64,000 nucleotides of DNA from Octopus sinensis (taxonomy: Eukaryota), in the NCBI RefSeq assembly GCF_006345805.1, contig NW_021837038.1:2470-66469 (forward strand). The letters run 5' to 3'. Below the pieces are notes generated by a model. The model was not told the origin of the DNA. It was given only the letters and a program-made list of their open reading frames with translations, and ran no database searches. Numbering within the stretch: the stretch's first letter is position 1; every line of letters begins with the position of its first letter. A program made the translations under genes and the position numbers. Shown piece after piece: positions 57,363-64,000 of the stretch.

Positions 57363-57721
57363 ACTTTCTCACCTTCCCAAGCGTTAAACTAATACACCTG
57401 TTTGTTGTTTACACACCTGTCTTCATGTTCTGTTTTTTGTAAATTCCAACTATATATATATAAATACACACATATATACATATACACACATATACATAAA
57501 TACATATGGCTTGACAGGTCCATATTAACTTCACCTGTGTTATTATTTATATAATCATTACATCTGATCCTACATCTAATTAATTCTTATGTTAATAAGT
57601 AATTAAAGTCACTGTTTTATAAGCAAAACCTGCTTGTCTAAACCGTGAATTCTGTTCTAAAACTCATTTAATTTTTGTGTTTTTCTTCTGCAGTCCTCCA
57701 AGTAAACACTGACCGAGAAAG

Positions 57722-59056
57722 ATGATCCTCCGTCCATCCTACCAACTACTCTCTGCTCTACGTCATATACCCACCTACCCAAAATTCTTATCCAGAGCGC
57801 TAGTTTCGGTAACAGTGAATCCAGAAAAGGGTTTGGTCGATGAGCAATTGTCTGTGAGTGTTTCTGGTTTGAAACCTGAAGAAAATGTCACAGTCAGTGC
57901 CACAATCGAACAGAGCTCAAAGAAAAGAGAAACCGTTTTCAGGTCTTTCGGACATTTCAAAGCTTCAGTTGACGGATGTGTTAATCTGGTCACTGACCCA
58001 TGTTTAGCGGGAACTTACAGTGGAATTGATCCCATGGGATTATTTTGGAGTATGACTCAAGTAGTTGGAAAACATGGTAGAATTATGACTCATGATGCCA
58101 CCAAATCTTTGGATTACACTGTGATGGTCCACCCTGGTCATATCTCACAGAATTCTGAGTTTACCTCTGATATAAAACCATTAGCAACCAAGTTGGTTCC
58201 ACGATCGTTTATGAGATCTGGTGTCCGCAAAATCACAGTTTACCACGGAAGACTTCGGGGTAGTTTATTCATACCAAGTGACGAAACGACCAACAGACGA
58301 CGACGGCAATACCCTGCTGTGATAGATCTATCTGGAAGCACCGGTTCTTTGATAGAATCCAGAGGGGCTCTGTTAGCATCCCATGGATTTATTACTTTAA
58401 GTTTGGCCTATTTTGCTTATGAAGACTTACCATCGGCCATCACCGATGTTGACTTTGAATATTTCGAAGAGGCTATTGAGTGGCTTATCAACCACGAGCA
58501 GGTTTCCAGCGAGAAAGGTATAGGTGTGTTAGGGACATCTCTAGGAGGAATAATAGCTCTCTACATAGCAAAAGAGTGCCCGCAAGTTAGCGCTGTTATA
58601 AGTATAAATGCTTCGCCAGCCTTCTTTGTTTTTAGTATCCGCCATAACGGTAAACAGATTCCAAGCTCTCCTCTGGAATGTGGCAGTTTTGAATTGAAAG
58701 ATGATGGGAGTTTATTGGCATTGTGGAAAGTAGATGAATCCAAACTCTTTTATTTCGATGAGACTTGTCGTAGCAAAGTATTGTTTCTGATTAGCGGTGA
58801 TGACCAAGTGGTTTATACAAGTGACTATTACCTCTGGTTTGACAAGTTAACGCCAGCCAAGAGAAAAGATGTTGAATTCGTTATGTATGAGGATGCTGGT
58901 CACCTTTTGGAACCCCCATACACCCCTCTGTTTAATACTTGTTATGCTGCTCTGTATGGCCGTCCGACTGTATTTGGGGGTTACCCCCGACCACACGCTG
59001 AGGCACAAGAAAAGTCCTGGTTAAAGATCAGGGAATTTTTTGCTGAAAATCTATAA
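57722..59056 (+). CDS. Acyl-CoA thioesterase / acyl-CoA:amino acid N-acyltransferase family protein (ACOT/ACNAT/BAAT-like), copy 3, 444 aa, single coding exon
   Basis: Same architecture as copy 1; triad motifs GTSLGG, SGDD, DAGHLLEPPY intact; acceptor ends 57693. Confidence 0.95.
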   Translation: MILRPSYQLLSALRHIPTYPKFLSRALVSVTVNPEKGLVDEQLSVSVSGLKPEENVTVSATIEQSSKKRETVFRSFGHFKASVDGCVNLVTDPCLAGTYSGIDPMGLFWSMTQVVGKHGRIMTHDATKSLDYTVMVHPGHISQNSEFTSDIKPLATKLVPRSFMRSGVRKITVYHGRLRGSLFIPSDETTNRRRRQYPAVIDLSGSTGSLIESRGALLASHGFITLSLAYFAYEDLPSAITDVDFEYFEEAIEWLINHEQVSSEKGIGVLGTSLGGIIALYIAKECPQVSAVISINASPAFFVFSIRHNGKQIPSSPLECGSFELKDDGSLLALWKVDESKLFYFDETCRSKVLFLISGDDQVVYTSDYYLWFDKLTPAKRKDVEFVMYEDAGHLLEPPYTPLFNTCYAALYGRPTVFGGYPRPHAEAQEKSWLKIREFFAENL

Positions 59057-59284
59057 AAATTTCAACAGTGATTCGATAATGTAGATTATTTATGTGATAA
59101 CGAGATCACTAATGATAATAAAGTAGCAAGCTGTCAGAACAGTGAGTGCTCGGGGCAAAATGCTTTATTTTACTAAATTCTACTTCATTTTCAAAAAAAT
59201 TTTACGTGCCACTGGCACAGGTGCCAGGCGGGGTTGGCAATGGCCACGATCGGATTGGTGCTTTTTATGTGCAGGTGGCAAGTA

Positions 59285-59945
59285 AATAATAATAATAATA
59301 ATAATAATAATAATTGTGTACAGTGCTCAGGTGCACTACAACTCATCTAAAGTGTATGTATAATCAGGTGTAGTTTCAGCGGATTTCGGAAAGCATGAGG
59401 GCCTTAAAGGATGCAGTGTCATGGCAGTCAACAACTGACGCAGGCAGTTTATTCCATGCTTCAGCAACTCTGAGCGTGAAAAAATGTTTCCGAAAGTCAT
59501 GGGAGCTGTATTGTTTTCTGACTTTGTAGGCATGTCCACGTGTGTTAGACACATGGAGATCAAAAAGGTGTTCAGTGTTGTTGTTGGTGAGGTGATACCT
59601 GTAAAGTTAGTCTTTTGTATTTTATAATAATAATAATAATAATAATTGTGTACAGTGCTCAGGTGCACTACAACTCATCTAAAGTGCATATATAATCAGG
59701 TGTAGTTTCGGCGGATTTCGGAAAGCATGAGGGCCTTAAAGGATGCAGTGTCATGGTAGTCAACAACTGACGCAGGCAGTTTATTCCATGCTTCAGCAAC
59801 TCTGAGCGTGAAAAAATGTTTCCGAAAGTCATGGGAGCTGTGCTGTTTTCTGACTTTGTAGGCATGTCCACGTGTGTTAGACACATGGAGATCAAAAAGG
59901 TGTTCAGTGTTGTTGTTGGTGAGGTGGTTGATAACACTGTTTTGC
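59285..59945 (-). mobile_element. Two tandem 3' ends of a CR1/L2-group LINE with (TTA)n tails
   Basis: Minus strand NTRGHAYKVRKQHSSHDFRKHFFTLRVAEAWNKLPASVV..ASFK matches the RGH..K...R..FF..RV...WN.LP motif. Confidence 0.85.
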
Positions 59946-60020
59946 CCCTGTGCTTGAGGAGATCCATTGAGTCAAGTACACCAACATCAAAAATCAATGG
60001 AAACTGCAGTTGTGAAACCT

Positions 60021-61100
60021 GTGCCAGTGGCACGTAAAAAGCACCATCCGAACGTGGCCAATGCCAGCGCCGCCTAGACTGGCTTCCGTTCCAGTGGCAC
60101 GTAAAAAGCACCATCCGAACATGGCCGATGCCAGCGCCGCCTAGACTGGCTTCCGTGCCAGTGGCATGTAAAAAGCACCATCCGAACGTGGTCAATGCCA
60201 GCGCCGCCTAGACTGGCTTCCGTTCCAGTGGCACGTAAAAAGCACCATCCGAACATGGCCGATGCCAGCGCCGCCTAGACTGGCTTCCGTGCCAGTGGCA
60301 CGTAAAAAGCACCATCCGAACATGGCCGATGCCAGCGCCGCCTAGACTGGCTTCCGTTCCAGTGGCACGTAAAAAGCACCATCCGAACGTGGCCAATGCC
60401 AGCGCCGCCTAGACTGGCTTCCGTTCCAGTGGCACGTAAAAAGCACCATCCGAACATGGCCGATGCCAGCGCCACCTTGACTGGCTTCTGTGCCAGTGGC
60501 ACGTAAAAAGCACCATCCGAACATGGCCGATGCCAGCGCCGCCTAGACTGGCTTCCGTTCCAGTGGCACGTAAAAAGCACCATCCGAACATGGCCGATGC
60601 CAGCGCCGCCTAGACTGGCTTCCGTGCCAGTGGCACGTAAAAAGCACCATCCGAACATGGCCGATGCCAGCGCCACCTAGACTGGCTTCCGTTCCAGTGG
60701 CACGTAAAAAGCACCATCCGAACATGGCCGATGCCAGCGCCGCCTAGACTGGCTTCCGTGCCAGTGGCACGTAAAAAGCACCATCCGAACGTGGCCGATG
60801 CCAGCGCCGCCTAGACTGGCTTCCGTTCCAGTGGCACGTAAAAAGCACCATCCGAACGTGGCCAATGCCAGCGCCGCCTAGACTGGCTTCCGTTCCAGTG
60901 GCACGTAAAAAGCACCATCCGAACATGGCCGATGCCAGCGCCACCTTGACTGGCTTCTGTGCCGGTGGCACGTAAAAAGCACCAATCCGATCATGACCAT
61001 CGCCAGCCTCGCCTGGCACCTGTGCCGGTGGCACGTAAAAAGCACCAATCCGATCGTGACCATTGCCAGCCTTGCCTGGCACCTGTCCCGGTAGCACGTG
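60021..61100. repeat. 67-bp GC-rich minisatellite (~14 units plus 2 shorter) of the VNTR-cored element
   Basis: GT(G/T)CCAGTGGCACGTAAAAAGCACCATCCGAAC(A/G)TGGCC(A/G)ATGCCAGCGCCGCCTAGACTGGCTTCC at 60021, 60088 and onward. Confidence 0.92.
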
Positions 61101-61489
61101 AAATTTTTTGAAATGTTCTGAGTTCAAATTCCACCAAGGTCGACTTTACGTGCCTTCATTTAGGGGTTGCTAAAATAAGTACCAGTTGAACACAGATCAA
61201 TGTAATTGACTTATCCCCTCCTCTCACCCCCTGATATTGCTGGCGTTGTACCAAAGATTGAAATTGATATTAATGATTGCCTTGGTGATGAGAATGAGAT
61301 AATTACTATAATTACTATTATGACAATTATAATGTTTTTAATTATGTTATGAAATAAAGACACATTTATATTGTTGATCCTTTTCTTACCAAATTTTTAT
61401 TGTAATAAACTGCCTTTTATTTTATTTCTTTTCTATTTTTTTTTTTTGAAAAAGAAGTAGAATTTAGTAAAATAACATTGTCATCATCA

Positions 61490-62005
61490 GTCGGGGCGGC
61501 GCTGGCAACGGCCATGGTCGGATGGTGCTTTTTATGTCCCACTGGCACGTAGGCCAGTTGGGGTGGCGCTGGCAAACGGCCATGGTCAGATGGTGCTTTT
61601 TACGTGTCACTAGCACGGAGGCCAGTTGGGGCGGCGCTGGCAAACGGCCACGGTCGGATGGTCCTTTTTACGTGCCACTGGCACGGAGGCCAGTTGGGGT
61701 GGCGCTGGCAAACGGCCACGGTCGGATGGTGATTTTTACGTGGCGCTGGCATCGGCGACGGTCGGATCGTGCTTTTTACATGTCACTGGCACGGAGGCCA
61801 GTTGGGGCGGCGCTGGCAAACGGCCACGGTCGGATGGTCCTTTTTACGTGCCACTGGCACGGAGGCCAGTTGGGGTGGCGCTAGCAAACGGCCACGGTCG
61901 GATGGTGATTTTTACGTGGCGCTGGCATCGGCGACGGTCGGATCGTGCTTTTTACATGTCACTGGCACGGAGGTCAGTCGGGGCGGTGCTGGCAATGGCC
62001 ACGTC
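61490..62005. repeat. Related minisatellite array, opposite orientation
   Basis: GGGGCGGCGCTGGCAAACGGCCACGGTCGGATGGT..TTTTTACGTGCCACTGGCACGGAGGCCAGTT units. Confidence 0.85.
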
Positions 62006-62144
62006 GTTAATTATTCTCGTGTCTGGAACATAAATGGACATGGAATTTTAATGTAATATTTTAATTTAGATCACATTAAATCAAGACGTTTGCATCACAG
62101 AACCAAGGATGGTTTTAGGCAGGTTGCTATCAAAAGGGTTAAGG

Positions 62145-62300
62145 ACAGTGGCTGTGTGGTAAGTAGCTTGTTTACCAACCACATGGTTCTGGGTTCAATC
62201 CCACTGCGTGACATCTTGGGCAAGTGTCTTCTGCTATAGCCCCGGGCCGACCAATGCCTTGTGAGTGGATTTGGTAGACGGAAACTGAAAGAAGCCCGTC

Positions 62301-62337
<37 letters not shown>

Positions 62338-62625
62338 CGTGTGTGTGTTTGTGTGTCTGTGTTTGTCCCCCTAGCATTGCTTGACAACCGATGCTGGTGT
62401 GTTTACGTCCCCGTCACTTAGCGGTTCGGCAAAAGAGACTGATAGAATAAGTACTGGGCTTACAAAAGAATAAGTCCCAGGGTCGATTTGCTCGACTAAA
62501 GGCGGTGCTCCAGCATGGCCGCAGTCAAATGACTGAAACAAGTAAAAAAGTATTGCTCGACTAAAGTCGGTGCTGCAGCATGGCCGCAGTCAAATGACTG
62601 AAACAAGTAAAAGAGTAAAAGAGAT
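62145..62625 (+). mobile_element. Full-length SINE family b (representative; further copies near 8380, 20165, 23880, 27765, 30110-31400, 33985, 35810, 37815, 38510, 44088, 48480-49310)
   Basis: A-box-like TGGCTGTGTGG, B-box-like GGTTCA(G/A)TCCC, internal (TA/TG)n, tail CAGCATGGCCGCAGTCAAATGACTGAAACAAGTAAAAGAG. Confidence 0.85.
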
Positions 62626-62847
62626 GGAAAGAACTGGGAGCTTAATCACATTCTTTTACTTGTTTCAGTCATTTGACTGCGGCCATGCTGGAGCACCACC
62701 TTTAGCCGAACAATTCGACCCCAGGACATATTGTTTGTGAGCCTAGTACTTATTCTATTGGTCTTTTTTGCCAAACCACTAAGTTATGGGGACGTAAACA
62801 CACCAACATCGGTTGTCAGTTGATAGGGAGTGGGGGAAGAAACACAG

Positions 62848-62911
<64 letters not shown>

Positions 62912-63245
62912 TCAATTTAGGGTAGCAAAAAATTCAATAGAAATTATTTTGCCACCAGCGGTCTAGTGAGAAAGAGGAAATAGTCAGAGACTATAAATTA
63001 ATTCAACAACAATTGAGGAACGGCTACAATAGGCCGTTTGACCCACTAGAAAGAGCAGCCAACTGAGAGTCAACTTCGATGGAGCGGATAGATAGTTATA
63101 TATATTATACATACATATATATGTTTATGTACATATGAATTTATATATGTACATAGGTATGTGTGAGTGTATGTTTATATATTATACATACATATATATG
63201 CATATGTTCCTATATATTTATGTATGTATGTATATTTGTGTTTTT

Positions 63246-63289
<44 letters not shown>

Positions 63290-63421
63290 GAGATAAAACC
63301 ACTATTAGGGAATCAAACAATGAAAAACATAAGCCAATACATAAAATTAATTAATTTATATTATTTTAAATATATATCAAAAGTATTAAAAGTTTAATGT
63401 GTATATATATATACATATATA

Positions 63422-63473
<52 letters not shown>

Positions 63474-64000
63474 ATATGCAATGCACTTCTTTCTGTTGTT
63501 GCCTCCCAAATTCCCACAAGGCTTTTATTGATCTGGGTCTTTAGTATAAACCCTTGTCCTCAATGGCAAGCAGTTTGACTTGAACTGAAACCAACTATCA
63601 GACAATAAAGCATTCTTCTTAATGATAGCAAAACAGTGAAGCTCCCTTCACATATATTGTCTGGATATAGGACTCAGGTGTAATTCATGCAGGTATGTAT
63701 TCAATTATATGCAGAGAAGTGTCTATGCCACCATCTGCTGGCGTTTCTTACGTTGCTTATCTGAAGTCATTTAATTTTATCAAATGGGTAACCTGTTTTT
63801 ATGTGACACTTCTGTCGGGAATTATCATTTTTAAATTCTGAAAAAAATATTGTTATATATCATGGCTGCATGGTTTAAGAATTGACTTTGTGTGAAGTGA
63901 AGTGTGTATGTGTGTGTGTATATGGTCGTGTGTTTCAGTCTTCATCTGTGTATATGTTTGTATGTGTGCTTGTCTGTTCATGTTACCTACATACCTATCC

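Noticed and set aside
60021-61100. CRISPR-like appearance of regularly spaced palindromic repeats
   Set aside because: Intervening sequences are near-identical rather than unique spacers, context is eukaryotic, and no cas genes are present.

Overview
Repeat-rich, AT-rich eukaryotic genomic DNA. The SINE/MITE families, (TA)n tracts and gene content point to a coleoid cephalopod, probably Octopus (inference, not a database result). Protein-coding content: (i) three paralogs of an alpha/beta-hydrolase of the acyl-CoA thioesterase / acyl-CoA:amino acid N-acyltransferase (ACOT/ACNAT/BAAT) family. Two are intact (6165-7502, 57722-59056) and one is internally deleted (12039-12282). Each has a candidate non-coding first exon and a single coding exon. 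(ii) Between copies 2 and 3, a 10-exon IL-17 receptor-like gene (17573-39785, 549 aa; signal peptide, FnIII-like ectodomain, TM helix, SEFIR domain), which I assembled by hand from phase-compatible GT-AG exons; the ORF track shows it only in fragments. The rest is a dense mix of tRNA-derived SINEs (several expanded into tandem arrays), a VNTR-cored retroposon, MITEs, non-autonomous Helitrons and decayed LINE fragments (RTE, CR1/L2-group, R4/Dong) plus Penelope-like element (PLE) RT and GIY-YIG fragments. The most notable unannotated signal is a set of type I hammerhead-ribozyme (HHR) motifs. One lies in each unit of a ~595-bp tandem repeat at the window start (retrozyme-like), others lie in long palindromes, and a four-copy family carries a non-canonical CUGUNGAA core. 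All alignments, folds and counts were done by eye and need computational confirmation.
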